A stretch of 64,000 bases of DNA from Torpedo marmorata. Its lineage: Eukaryota. Below are positions 51,613-62,812 of this stretch, piece after piece. Within the stretch, counting starts at the first letter, position 1; every line of letters begins with the position of its first letter. The stretch covers positions 22,754,001 through 22,818,000 of the forward strand of contig OZ360234.1 in assembly GCA_977017645.1 (NCBI GenBank), read 5' to 3'. Under the pieces are notes generated by a model. That model was not told the origin of the DNA. It worked only from the letters and a program-made list of their open reading frames with translations, and did no database searches. The position numbers were made by a program, and so were the translations under genes.

Positions 51613-52620
51613 TTCTTTTTTTATATTTTATTTTAAAATTTTGAATTTTCTCACAGTAATACAACATACGTAATATACATTATTAATTCTAGTAAATAAA
51701 AAAACATAATTTGTATTACAGTGTATCTAACCCATCCCTTAACCCACCCTCTATAATGTTGCTTCCCCACCCTTCCCGTCCCTTTAATTCCCTCCCCTTA
51801 CTAAAAACTAAAAGAAAAGAACAGAAAGGAAGGCATTGGTATTACTTATTTAAAAAAACATCTGCACGGATCGCTGCTGGGTCCACGATTCGACGCGTGG
51901 CATTCAACAATATTTATTCTTTAAATTTGAGAGTCAACAGGGACTAGGATGTAGAGCAACACATTTAAATGTTCATACCTAATGATTGGATATATGGACG
52001 CCAAATTTGCAAAAATATCCCATATTTGTTTCTCATGTTATATGTTTTTTTTTCCATTGGAATACAACTCCGCATCTCTATATTCCATCTATCCATGCCT
52101 AAATTTGTATCTGATTTCCAAGTTACTGCTATACACTTCCTTGCTACTGCTAAAGCAATTTTTACAAATTTCAATTGATATGTAGATAACTTCAACTTTG
52201 GTCTAGTTCCTTCCACATTCCCTAATAAAAATAAATCAGGATTCTGTGGAAATGTAACACCTGTAATTTGTTTTAACTGGTTCCCTAACTCTGTCCAAAA
52301 ACATTTTACTTTAGGGCATAACCATATTGAATGTAGAAAGGTTCCCCCCTCTTCACCACATCTAAAACACTCATTTGATAATGTAGATTTTATCTTATTC
52401 CATTTCTGTGGTGTAAGATATAGTTGATGTAAAAAATTATACTGTACTAATCTATATCTTACATTAATAGTATTGGTCATACTATCTTGACATAAATCCG
52501 ACCATCTTTTTTCATCAATTATAACATTAAGATCTTGCTCCCATCTTTGTCTAGATTTATGAAGTTCTTGTTTTAAAACTCCCCTTTGTAACAAAGAATA
52601 CATTAAAGAAGTAAATTTAT
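51613..52620 (-). mobile_element. L1-clade LINE 3' fragment
   Basis: ORF 51965-52603 (NVRYRLVQYNFLHQLYLTP..CFRC..H..WLCP) is closely related to the 14701-16735 L1; T-rich tail at about 51613-51635. Confidence 0.9.
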
Positions 52621-52914
52621 AGAATACATTATAGAAGTAAATTTTTAAATATTTCCTTTCCTAATAAGGGTTTCTACCTCACTACAAATCTTGTAACAAC
52701 ATATCCAACATAACCTGACTTCTGACTTTTTCCTGGAGTCTGTCACGTTATACAGTATGTTGCCTACACCACCAGCAGCATAATTTGGAGTTTTAAGGTG
52801 AACTCTCAAAAATAGGAGCACACCTTGTTGAAATACCCAATGATTGTAAATGGAGACTAGGCAATGAAATAAATAAAGCCACAATGGCCACATTTTGGGT
52901 TAATGTAAGGAAAG

Positions 52915-55150
52915 GTGATAAAAAGACAAACTTAAAAGTTTGGTGTTTATATGCAAATAACACCTGAAACAAAATTAATGAGCTAATAGCACAAATAGAG
53001 ATAACGGACGTAATCTAACAGTCATTAATGGATATATGATTACAAGGAGATCAAAACTAGGAACTCAATATTTTTGGCTTTTAGAAAGGACAGTCAGGAA
53101 GGAGAACGTGGTTGTGTAGTTTTGGTAACAAGAGATGAAATGAGTACAATTATGAGTGATGATTTAAGTTAAGGAAATTTAGAATCCATTTGGTGGAGGT
53201 CAACAAATATCAAAGGTAAGGGAAATTATACTAGCATTAGAGTATAATTTATGACTTCCAGGAAAAACATATCTCAATGATGACCATAAATTCTGTGGAG
53301 AGATGAACCAGAGAAGTTAAGGAGGTTATTAAGTGGTAAAAGTTAGTAGTAGGTCTGAAGTTTTGGCAGTGGCAGATTAACTACCACCCGGGCCCCTAGG
53401 CTGAGCTTTAGTAAGGCCCCCCCCCCCCGGGTCAGCATCATGGGGGGCATTCGCAGGCCATGCCCACCCACCCTGTGGCGTATCTACGGAAAATAGCGCC
53501 TGTGGCAAGCACTGAAATTGCACCCCTGTCCAAACATCTGACACCCGTCTTTTAGATACTCAAAAATACAAGTCAAGCTCTCAATGCTGCAGGGATCTCC
53601 CAATGCATCAATTCCCTCCCCACCCCAGCCCAGCCACCGACCCCCTCTCCCCCCACCCACCCCCACCTTGTCCCTGCCGACCCCCTTCCCCAGGCTGTAC
53701 CTGCAGATGCTTCTCTTGCGCCACTGCTTCCGGACCAATCAATGCTGAACGGTGCAAATCCGCAGCCACCATGGCTCCATCGCCTCGAAGGCCCGGCAGC
53801 GCCCCTGACCCCATGGCCCTCCCGCATCTTCGCTGCTTCTGATCCGCGCCCGGCTTCTTCGCTCCCTCCTCGGCGGCGCGAACACACTTTAAGGCCAGGC
53901 TGCCATTTTGCGGGGTCAAGCGGCGGCCCCACTCCAAGCCGTGACGGTACTGGAGGTGTTGCGATGGCGCACGCTGATGCTTCTTCTCCCTCCCCTCCCC
54001 TCCTCACCCACCCGCTGCTCTGCCCAGGCCACCTGCGGCGTAGCCTGACAGGGGATGCGCGTCACCAGCCGCCTGACAATCGACCGGGCAGCGAGCCAAT
54101 GGAAAGCGAGCTCGATGCCGGCCCGGCCAATGGGAAGCGCAGAGGGGAGGGGTCACAGTCATTCGGAGGGCCCCTGCAGTGTGTGCGGCTGGAGGTGGCT
54201 GGGTCCGGGAGAACTGCAGCGGCGGCATCAATGCGAGATCAATGGCCGTCTTCATTACCCATAATCCCCCACGCAGCTGGAACCGCTTTGCCAGCGCCAG
54301 GGAAACGCAGAGCGGTTCCAGCTGCGTGGGGGAATATGGGTAACGAAGACGGCCATTGATCCCGCATTGAGCCGCCGCCGCCACCCTGAGCGGGCCTGTT
54401 GTTTTTTGATTTCAGTGAATAGGTGCAAGCCAATTGACAGGAGCGTTGAAAGCTACAAGTTTTGCAATTTTAAAATACTTTTAATATTGTGGCTTAGTTC
54501 CCTTTGGCATTGTTAAAGTAACATTTCTATTGTTGTATCTCTTATTTCTATTGTTGTTTGACGGGCCGCTAGGCTTCAGCCTAGTGAGCCTAATGGTTAA
54601 TCCGCCACTGAGTTTGGGATAAGTGCAGAATCCAAAACAGAGGATTTAAGTGGATATTTTACATCGATCCTTATGTTAATAGATGCTATGTATGTCCCAT
54701 CAATACTACAATATACAGGGTATTAATTACCGTAAATCTTATCGGTAAAAAATTATCATTAAGTAAACTAATGGGGCTAAAGGCTGAAAGGTTCCATGAA
54801 TCTGATGTTTTGCAAGCCAGGATCCTAAAAAAGTGATTCCAGAAAAAAATAGGAGCACAACTTGCTGAATGTATTGGTTTTAATCTTCTAAAAATAATAG
54901 ACTTGAACTTGAAAACCCTTAGATTCTGGACTACCATTGCGATATCCTTATTCAGGCAGGAGGCAAAAGATAGGTTTATCTAATGTGTATTATTGGGAAA
55001 ATGTTAGAATCAATTATTACAGAGAAAAAAGCAGAGTCTTTGGAAATTCATAATGTGATCAAGCAGAGTGGGCGTGGTTTGTGTTTGACAAATTTATTGA
55101 GGAAGTATTAGTGTGGAAAGAGGGAATTGAATTGTCAAAAGGCATGTAAG
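52915..55150 (+). mobile_element. Highly degraded CR1-type LINE, interrupted by a hAT element
   Basis: Endonuclease-like segments at 52930-53220 (..NKINELIAQI.., FRKD, ESIW). RT-like segments follow 54611 (HESDVLQARILK; TTGGGAAAATGTTAGAATCAATTATT). Confidence 0.55.
53367..54610. mobile_element. Non-autonomous hAT element (1244 bp)
   Basis: TIRs CAGTGGCAGATTAAC / GTTAATCCGCCACTG, subterminal TAGGCTGA motifs, 8-bp TSD AGTTTTGG / AGTTTGGG (7/8) and a GC-rich interior. Confidence 0.85.
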
Positions 55151-55164
55151 AACTTGTGTTTTGG

Positions 55165-55670
55165 AATATGAAGCAAGAAACAAACTGCAAGAGGAACTCA
55201 GCGGGTCATGCAATGTATGGATGGCCGATGTTTCGGGCTGAGTCCCCACATCAAGCAGGAAGCAATGAGTAGGGATCAGGGGATTTTTGCAAGTTCGCAG
55301 CCTATAACCAATGAGGTGCCACTGGGACTACAATGGATTTTCCATTTTTACAATGGTCAGTTTCTTTTATATTTTCTTTTGTTATGACATACAAGGAAGC
55401 CATTCTGCCTATCAAATCTGGTTGTTCTCAGAGCAACTCCATGAATCCCATTCCTCCACTTATTTCTCCATAACCCATTCTCTTTCATGTATTTATCAAC
55501 ATACTAATTATCTCGCCTGAATCATTTACTTGAAGACTTGGTGCAGGGTCTCGACGTGAAACATCGCCCATCCATCTATCTCCACAGATGCAGCTTGAGT
55601 TGCTGAGTTCCTCCAGCAATTTGATTTTTGCTCCAGATTCCAACATCTGTCGTCTCTTGTGTCTCCATCT
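55165..55670. mobile_element. Degraded Penelope pseudo-LTRs (- at about 55170-55255, + at about 55535-55668) around a SINE-tail remnant
   Basis: GATGTTTCGGGCTGAGTCCCCACATCAAG and TTGGTGCAGGGTCTCGACGTGAAACATCG..GCTGAGTTCCTCCAGCA. Confidence 0.6.
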
Positions 55671-56849
55671 TGCAGAGGAAAATTAGTAAATGCTGAAAAT
55701 ATTATCTAACATTACTGTATATGCTGATTATCTGAAATTGTCGATTTCGATGTTGAGTGCAGAAAGTTGTAAATATGCTTAGTTAAAATATGAGGTGTTA
55801 TGATTCATTAGAATAACGTAAAAGGCCATGGATACCTGCACTTTTTTCCAAAATGAATCTTCTTGGCCTCCTACTTCCACTTTCCATTCAGTAAGTTTTT
55901 TGTTCCAAGTTGGACAAAGCTGAATGTAGAGAGGTAGGTGGTCCCATGATCTCACACATGACCAACTCCAACTGATTTACTGGATCATGATCAGGCCTGT
56001 TCTTACTTACCAACTTTCAGAAATTTTACAAAAGTTCCATGATTTGATTACCATTTTACAGATACATAAATGTGCTCTAACCTTATGGAAATGAAGATCA
56101 GTAATCTTTATACCAATGGCAAGTAAAGGTTTCAACCATTCAGGAAAGATATTTATTTTATTTCTTGCTGATTTTCTAAATGTGTCTTCCAGTGGAAGTT
56201 ACCAGCAGAGTTAATTATTAGTCAAACCATGAACAATCATTTCTGTTCCTGTGCAACCCCCCACCCCATCTAACATTCTTCTGAACTAAAATTAGATTCC
56301 AATCCTCAGCAATCACTTTTCTTTTCCTCTGGACTGCAACATTGATAACTCCCACAGATAGGAGATGTTGATGTCATTACTAACCCGTTATGTTTCAGTC
56401 CAGATGCACTTAAGCGAGCGCAAGTGAAGCTGGAATGAATGCAGAAGCTCCTTGTCAGAGTTGTGCTGGTTTGCCACAACCCCCTTGTTTAAGGCTGTGC
56501 AGAAGCATTTCTAATCTACTCCAACATGCTTTTCACTTTTCCAGCCTGGTGGGTGTGAGGTTTCAGGTTTAAAGATTTGTTGAAAATATTCTTTCATACA
56601 ATCCAAATTGTTAATGTTTGGAATTAATGGGGAGTTCATTTATGTTGTAAAATTTACATGGCTAATGTTTCTTGACACTTCTGGGACATTCAGGTAGCCA
56701 TCAAAGTTCTAGAGAGCACGCCTCACTGATTCTTTTGATTTTCACTGATTTTCCTACTCACTACAATGCAGAAGGACGCCATTTCATTCATCAGGTCCAT
56801 AGTGGCTCCCAGTAAACAATTCTGTCACTTCCATTTACCTTGTCCTGAT

Positions 56850-58800
56850 GTTTGGACCAATGTTACAATGAGGTCAGGGAGTAACTTTGGCAGAACATAA
56901 ACTGAGATTCTGTGAGAAGGTTTTTTTCTGAGCAAGTGTGGTTTGATAACACTATTTATCATCACTTTGCTAATGATCGAAACGGGCGGTTATTTGCTGG
57001 CTTGGATTTTTCCTGCTTCTTGAGGCATGGCATACCTGGGAAATTTTCCACATTTCTCAGGTAGATGCCAGTGTTGTAAAGCTGTGCTAGAAGGGCACAG
57101 CAAGGGACCACAAGTCTTCAGTGCTGTCGCCAGAATGTTTACAGTATCCATTGTCTTTAGCCATTTCTTGATCTTACATGAAGTAAAACAAATGGGCTGA
57201 AGACTGGCACCAATCATGCTGGGGAACGTTGGAGGAGTTTGAGGCAAATTATTCACTTGGTACCTGGCTGAAACTTCTTGCAAAGCCTTCAGCTCTCTCT
57301 TTTGCACTGATGTGGTGGACTCCTCCATCATTGAGACTGGGGATATTTGTGGAGCCTGTCCTCCAGTGTGGTGTTTAATTTCCACTGTTATTCATGACTG
57401 GATGTGTCAGGACTGCAGAGCATAAATCTGATCTGTTGCTTGTGACAATACTTAGCTCTGTGTATTGCACACTGTTTATGTTAGTTGACATGAAAGTAGT
57501 TGTGTCTTATAGCATAACCAGGTTGATCTTCATTCTGAGGTGTACATGGACCTACTGCTGGTATGTCCTCCTGCACTCTTCATGGAACTGGGGTTAATCT
57601 CCTGGTTTCAGAATCAGAATTTATTGTCATGAACAAGTCATGAAATTTGTTGTTTTGTGGCAGCATCACAGTGCAAACATTCATAGAAACCATCTTACAA
57701 AAATAAATAAAAATAGTGCACGAAAAGTCAAAGTCTTTGGTTCATTGATAATTCAGGAATCTGATGGCAGCGGGGAAGATGAGTGCTCATCTTCAGGCTC
57801 CCGTACCTTTTTCCTGATGATAGCAGAGTGAAGAGGGCATGGGCTGGGTGGTGGGGGTCCTGGAGGATAGAGGCTGCTTTCTTAAGACACCGCCTCTTGT
57901 AGATGTCCTCGATGGAGTGAAGTCTGGTGCCTGTGATGTCGTACGGCACCTCATGAATGCCCTGCCCTGAGTTGCTAGATCTCTTTGTAGTCTGTCCCAT
58001 TTAGAATGGTGGTAGTACCACACACCACAATGAAGTGTATTTTCACTGTGAAGTTGGGATTTTGGCCAGGTGCATCTGCATCAGGTAGATCGGTGTGGAT
58101 CTTATTTGGACTTTTTATGCCTTTGTGGTTCCCTCATCATCTGCAAACCCAGTTGAGCAGCAGTGTCCTTCAGCACTCGATCAGCTGAATCAGTAGTGGT
58201 GCTGCAGAGCCACTCTTGGTCATGGACATTGAAGTCTCCCACCCAGAATACATTCTGCCTTTGCCACTCTCAGTGCATCCTTCAAGTGGTGTTCAACATG
58301 GAGGGGTATTAGCTAATCAGCTAAGAGGTTGGGTTGGGGATAATCAGCAGGAAGTTTCCTTGCCAAATTTTAACCCAATGTCAAGAGGTTTCATGGGATC
58401 TTGGAGTCAATTTTGAGGCAGTTCCCAGTGCTGCTGCCTCTGCTGGATCTGTCTTGCTGGTGAGACAGGACAGAGATGGTGGTGTCTGGGATATTGACTG
58501 TCAGGAATTATTCCATGAGTATGACTATGTCAGGTTGTTGCTTGATTAGTCTGTGAGCCAACTCTCCCAATTTCTGGCAGAAGCCTCCAGATATTGGTAA
58601 AGATGACTTTACAGGGTTGACAGAGCAGTTTTTGCCATTGTCTTTTCCAATGCCCAGGATGGTTTCAGTGACCAATATGATTTTGTTTATCTCTGGCTTG
58701 CTAGCAGTTTATTGTAACTGAATGGCTTGCTTAGGCCATTTCAAAGAATCGACCACATTACTGTGGGTCTGGAGTCATGTGTAAGCCAGACAAAATTTCC
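56850..58800 (-). mobile_element. Old degraded LINE (endonuclease/RT remnants)
   Basis: The minus strand has GDFNVH-like sequence (GGAGACTTCAATGTCCAT at about 58222-58239) and IKKWLKTMD..ILATALKTC RT-start similarity (56990-57385). Confidence 0.6.
57608..57945 (-). mobile_element. Rex1 3' fragment nested in the old LINE
   Basis: DITGTRLHSIEDIYKRRCLKKAASILQDPHHPAHALFTLLSSGKRY and an ATTCTG-type tail; same family as 7843-8553. Confidence 0.88.
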
Positions 58801-59079
58801 TCCCTTTTAGGACAGATGGGTCTTTACAACAATCGGCAATAGTTTTCATGATCATCTTTAACGTTCTTAATTCCAGAATCTGAAATCAAATTTATTACCA
58901 TATGCCAAAGTGGGGTTTGAACCCAAGTCCTGAGGACTTTTATCAGGGTATCTCAATTATTAATCTAGTTAAAAAAACAACTGCTCCATTGTCTCCCCTT
59001 TATAAGTACAGAGTGCCTAAATATCTCATTCAAAACTTACTGCCTTTAAGTTACGAGTTAAAAGAAAACAAGAAATAAA

Positions 59080-59845
59080 AGGGAAAATGCTATAAATACT
59101 CAGCAAGTTAGATAGCATCTGTAGATAGAGAAACAGAACTAAAAAATTCTGATGACCTTTCATCAGAACAAAATTGAAATAGAGCTACGCCTCTCCCTAT
59201 CACTTCTCAGCGTTTTTCTTCTACCCTCCCACCTATAACCTCTTATCTGTTAGCCTGTCCTCCTTCCCCGTCCCTCCTCCCTCCTCTCCTCCGCCCACCT
59301 TTTTATTCAGGTGCTTACCTGCATTATTCTCATACCTTGACAAACGGCTCAGGCCCGAAATATTGGTTACCCTTTACTTCCTGCAGACCAGTGGTTTTCA
59401 AACTTTATCTTTCCACTCACATACTATGGTAATCACTATGCCATAGGTGCTCTGTGATTAGTAAGGGATTACTTAAGGTGGTATGTGAGTGGAAAGAAAA
59501 AGGTTGAAAATCACTGTTTTAATCGTACCTAATTGACTCGTAATGTGCACGGTTTCATAACTGCAAAGGAAATGGGCCAATGACAATTTTTCTCAAGCAA
59601 AATATTTCAGTAACAATTGGGTCTAGAGCAGTGGTTCTCAACCTTTTTTCCACTCACAAACAACTTTAAGTAATCCCTTACTAATCACAGAGCACCTATG
59701 GCATAGGGATTACTTAAAGTGGTATGTGAGTGGAAAGAAAATGTTTGAAAACCACTGCTGTAGACGCTGCATGATCTGTTGAGTTTCTCCAGCACTTCTG
59801 TGTATTGCACTACAATCACAGCATCTGCAGACTTTCCTGTTTATC
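59080..59845. mobile_element. Penelope pseudo-LTR remnants, interrupted by a MITE
   Basis: An inverted end at about 59085-59170, a pyrimidine tract, CTTGACAAACGGCTCAGGCCCGAAA at about 59336-59360, and continuation after 59758 (GAGTTTCTCCAGCAC). Confidence 0.75.
59389..59757. mobile_element. Composite hAT (Charlie-like) MITE, copy 2
   Basis: TIR CAGTGGTTTTCAAAC / GTTTGAAAACCACTG, 8-bp TSD CTGCAGAC / CTGTAGAC (7/8), and the same two-hairpin-plus-spacer layout as 11208-11836. Confidence 0.9.
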
Positions 59846-60295
59846 TCAAAGTTCAAATTGTTCTGTTGATGGCAATGACCTCTCCAAACGGCATGTTTAC
59901 GCCATTTGCACTTTGGAGCTCAGAAGAAATTGCAGGATGATAAAGAACTAGGATTTGGGATGAAGATATCATCTTCTTCTGTCACTTCAGCCCTAGTGCT
60001 AGCCAAAGTCTCACCAAAGGCTTCTCTGGTGATGTCGAGCATTGTCTTCTCCATGAGTATTGTTGGGCCTATAATTTGCTTGTCACCTGGTGCTGCCTCT
60101 GATTATCCACCAGCTTATTTTGCAAGATAAGGAAAGATGCCATGAGTGTCATGCAACGTGGTTAGATGATAAGGCTAAGATCGTTGACTAGCTGGGGCAG
60201 TATTTGCATTCTGTGAAATGTGGTTGCAAACTTGAAGCAGTCTTGTACAGTGTAGCTGAGGTAATCCTATGATGTTATTTTTAAAGCCTTGATTA

Positions 60296-62199
60296 CCATA
60301 TATTTTGGCGTATAAGTCGACTCGCAGATAAGTCGACCCCCCTTTTTCAGCCTCATTTTAATGGTTTTATTGTATATCCGGCGTGTAAGTCGACCCCCAA
60401 AAAATCGCGTTGCCTGAGATGCTGAGCGTTGACCGGCGTATAAGTCGACCCCCAAAAATCGCGATAATTGAGCTGCTGGGCGTTGACTGGCGTATAGGTC
60501 GACCCACAACGATCGCGCTGATTGAGCTGCTGGGCGTTGGCTGGAGGTGATTGTTATCATGGAGGCTCAATTGAAACGACGAAAGTATGAGGCGAGTTTT
60601 AAATTAAAAGTGATAGAAATGGCCAAGAAAACCAACAACTGTGCTGCTGCAAGAAAATTTGATATATATGAGAAGTTGGTAAGAGAATGGAGGAAGAAAG
60701 AAGATACTTTAAGAAAAATACCAAAAAGGCAATGTTCGATGAGAAGAGGATTCACTTGTTGGCCAGAGTTGGAAAATCATGTCGCAGCATGGGTACGTGA
60801 ACAGAGACAAGATTGCTACATAGTCACCCGAAATAAAATAAGAACATTTGCACTGAAGTGGGCAAAGTCGCACCCAGAACTCAGTAAAGATTTTGAAGCT
60901 ACAGTAGGCTGGTGCAACCGTTTCATGAACAGGAAAAATCTGGTATTACGACAAAAAACTAAAATTGCTCAGAAACTACCAAAAGATCTTGATCATAAAG
61001 TTGTAAGTTTTCACCAGTTTATTTTACGTAACCGGCAGAAACACAAGTTTGCATTGGCAAATATTGGAAACATGGACGAAACCCCCATGAATTTTGACAC
61101 GATAGGCAATAGAACAGTGGAATGGAAAGATATGAAAACTGTGCAAACCAGGAGTATAGGCCATGAAAGGACCAGGTTTACTGTGGTGTTATCGTGCATG
61201 GCCAACGGGACAAAGTTAAGACCCATGGTAATCTTCAAATGTAAATTTAAACCTAAAATAAAATTCCCTGCGGGTATTTTTGTATATTTTCATGAAAAAA
61301 GATGGATGGATGAAAATGGTGTAAAACTATGGATAGACAATGTGTGGAACAGGCGGCCAGGCGGTTTACGCAAGGAACGGAATTTGCTGGTCTGGGATAT
61401 GTTTCGTAGCCACTTAACTGAGAAGACTAAAAGTAGATTAGCACAACATAATACTTACATGGCGGTTATCCCGGGTGGTTTGACGTCTATATTGCAACCT
61501 CTCGATGTCTGCTTGAACAAGCCATTCAAAGACCATGTGCGTGAAGAGTGGAATACATGGATGTTGAGTGCAGAAAAATCATTTACAAAAGGCGGGGCAA
61601 TGCGTGCTGCATCGCTTGATGTGCTGTATGACTTCGTGCTCAAGGCATGGGACAAAGTGAAAGTAGAGACTGTAATAAAATCGTTTAAAAAGTGCGGTAT
61701 CTCTTGTGCAATTGATGGTACGGAAGTTGATTTATTATGGGACACTGACGACGAAGGTGAAGCCACCTCATCAGATACAGACTGGGACCCGTATGATGAC
61801 TATTTAAACAGCGAGACCCCGGATGTGCTTGCCGAGATCTTTGCCTCTGACGATGATAGCGAAAGTGAATTTGAAGGTTTCTAAATGTGTTGTTGTTTTC
61901 AATAAAAATGTCAATGAAAATTTGTTGCAGTCGGGTTTTTTTTTTTGGTTTTTCAAGGGTTGACTTATATGCTGAATCGGGTTTTCATGGGTCAACTTAT
62001 ACGCCGGATCGGGTTTTCACGGGTCGACTTATACGCCGAATCAGGTTATCAAGGGTCGACTTATACGCCGAATCGGCGTGGAGTGGTTTTTGAGCTGATT
62101 TTAAGATCTCAAAAGTATATCCGGCATATAAGTTGACCCCCGTTTTTTGAGAGATTTTTGAGGGTTTCAAGACTCGACTTATACGCCGAATATATACGG
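60296..62199 (+). mobile_element. Full-length pogo-superfamily DNA transposon (Passer/POGK-like, DD35D)
   Basis: TA TSD (60294-60295 / 62200-62201), TIRs CCATATATTTTGGCGTATAAGTCGA / TCGACTTATACGCCGAATATATACGG, subterminal repeats and a single transposase ORF. Confidence 0.95.
60559..61884 (+). CDS. Pogo-type transposase, 441 aa from ATG 60559 (Brinker-like DBD, CENP-B HTH, DDD catalytic domain)
   Basis: RRKYEASFKLKV, WPELE, F.A..GWCNRFM.R..L..R, NMDETP, LLVWD..RSH, IPGGLTSILQPLDV. There are 35 residues between the 2nd and 3rd catalytic Asp, an acidic C-tail and AATAAA at 61901. Confidence 0.93.
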   Translation: MEAQLKRRKYEASFKLKVIEMAKKTNNCAAARKFDIYEKLVREWRKKEDTLRKIPKRQCSMRRGFTCWPELENHVAAWVREQRQDCYIVTRNKIRTFALKWAKSHPELSKDFEATVGWCNRFMNRKNLVLRQKTKIAQKLPKDLDHKVVSFHQFILRNRQKHKFALANIGNMDETPMNFDTIGNRTVEWKDMKTVQTRSIGHERTRFTVVLSCMANGTKLRPMVIFKCKFKPKIKFPAGIFVYFHEKRWMDENGVKLWIDNVWNRRPGGLRKERNLLVWDMFRSHLTEKTKSRLAQHNTYMAVIPGGLTSILQPLDVCLNKPFKDHVREEWNTWMLSAEKSFTKGGAMRAASLDVLYDFVLKAWDKVKVETVIKSFKKCGISCAIDGTEVDLLWDTDDEGEATSSDTDWDPYDDYLNSETPDVLAEIFASDDDSESEFEGF

Positions 62200-62264
62200 T
62201 AATAGAAATCATAGGTGTTTGATGGATGCATTGCGCAATGTCTGAGGCTAATGCTGCAACTGGT

Positions 62265-62428
62265 AGACGCCGGATAAGTGAATTTTCCGGTTGCTTGAGA
62301 TTGCGTGTTGCGTGATTGGCGAACTAACAGCGAGGCACACCAATTTTAAACTAACGTATTTGTTACTTATTTATTTTCTCAATTTTTTTTGCTGGTTGCT
62401 TGAATACCGGATAACAGGGGTTTTACTG
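62265..62428. mobile_element. Remnant of a Tc1/mariner/Tigger-type MITE (right end)
   Basis: Ends CCGGATAACAGGGGTTTTACTG|TA with repeated CCGGATAA motifs. The left TIR was not found. Confidence 0.45.
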
Positions 62429-62505
62429 TATATGGCATTTGAAAGTGTGTTCACTGATCTTGACAACACATGTGAGGTAATCAACTTCTTGTGGTATTCC
62501 ACTCC

Positions 62506-62812
62506 ATAGAGTCATAGAGAGACAATACAGCACAGAACTGACCCTTTCAGCCCATCAAATCTGTACTGACCACTAACCACCCATTTTACACTATCCTATA
62601 TTAATATCACTTTTTATTCACCCCAGATTCTACCACACACCCACACAATAGGTAAAATTTACAATAACCTACCAACTTGCACATCTTAGGGATGTGTGAG
62701 GAATTGGAGCATCTGGAGAAATCACAGAGGGAACGTGTAAACTCCATACAGACAGCACCTGACCGGATCCCTTGTGCCACGGGGAAGCGACTCTACTAGC
62801 TTCACCACTGTG
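62506..62812 (-). mobile_element. Degraded V-SINE
   Basis: CATAGAGT-type tail, CAGCACAGAA..CCCTTTCAGCCCA, and a reverse V-domain GAACGTGTAAACTCCATACAGACAGCAC. Confidence 0.65.

Noticed and set aside
53484-54433. ORFs inside the hAT element as a transposase
   Set aside because: GC-rich and palindrome-derived, with no hAT motifs.
59906-60130. 74-aa ORF, or its 60-codon antisense frame, as an exon
   Set aside because: No convincing splice sites or recognisable homology.
60547-61884. Host gene POGK
   Set aside because: No KRAB exon, and the ORF is enclosed by TIRs and a TA TSD, so it is a transposon.
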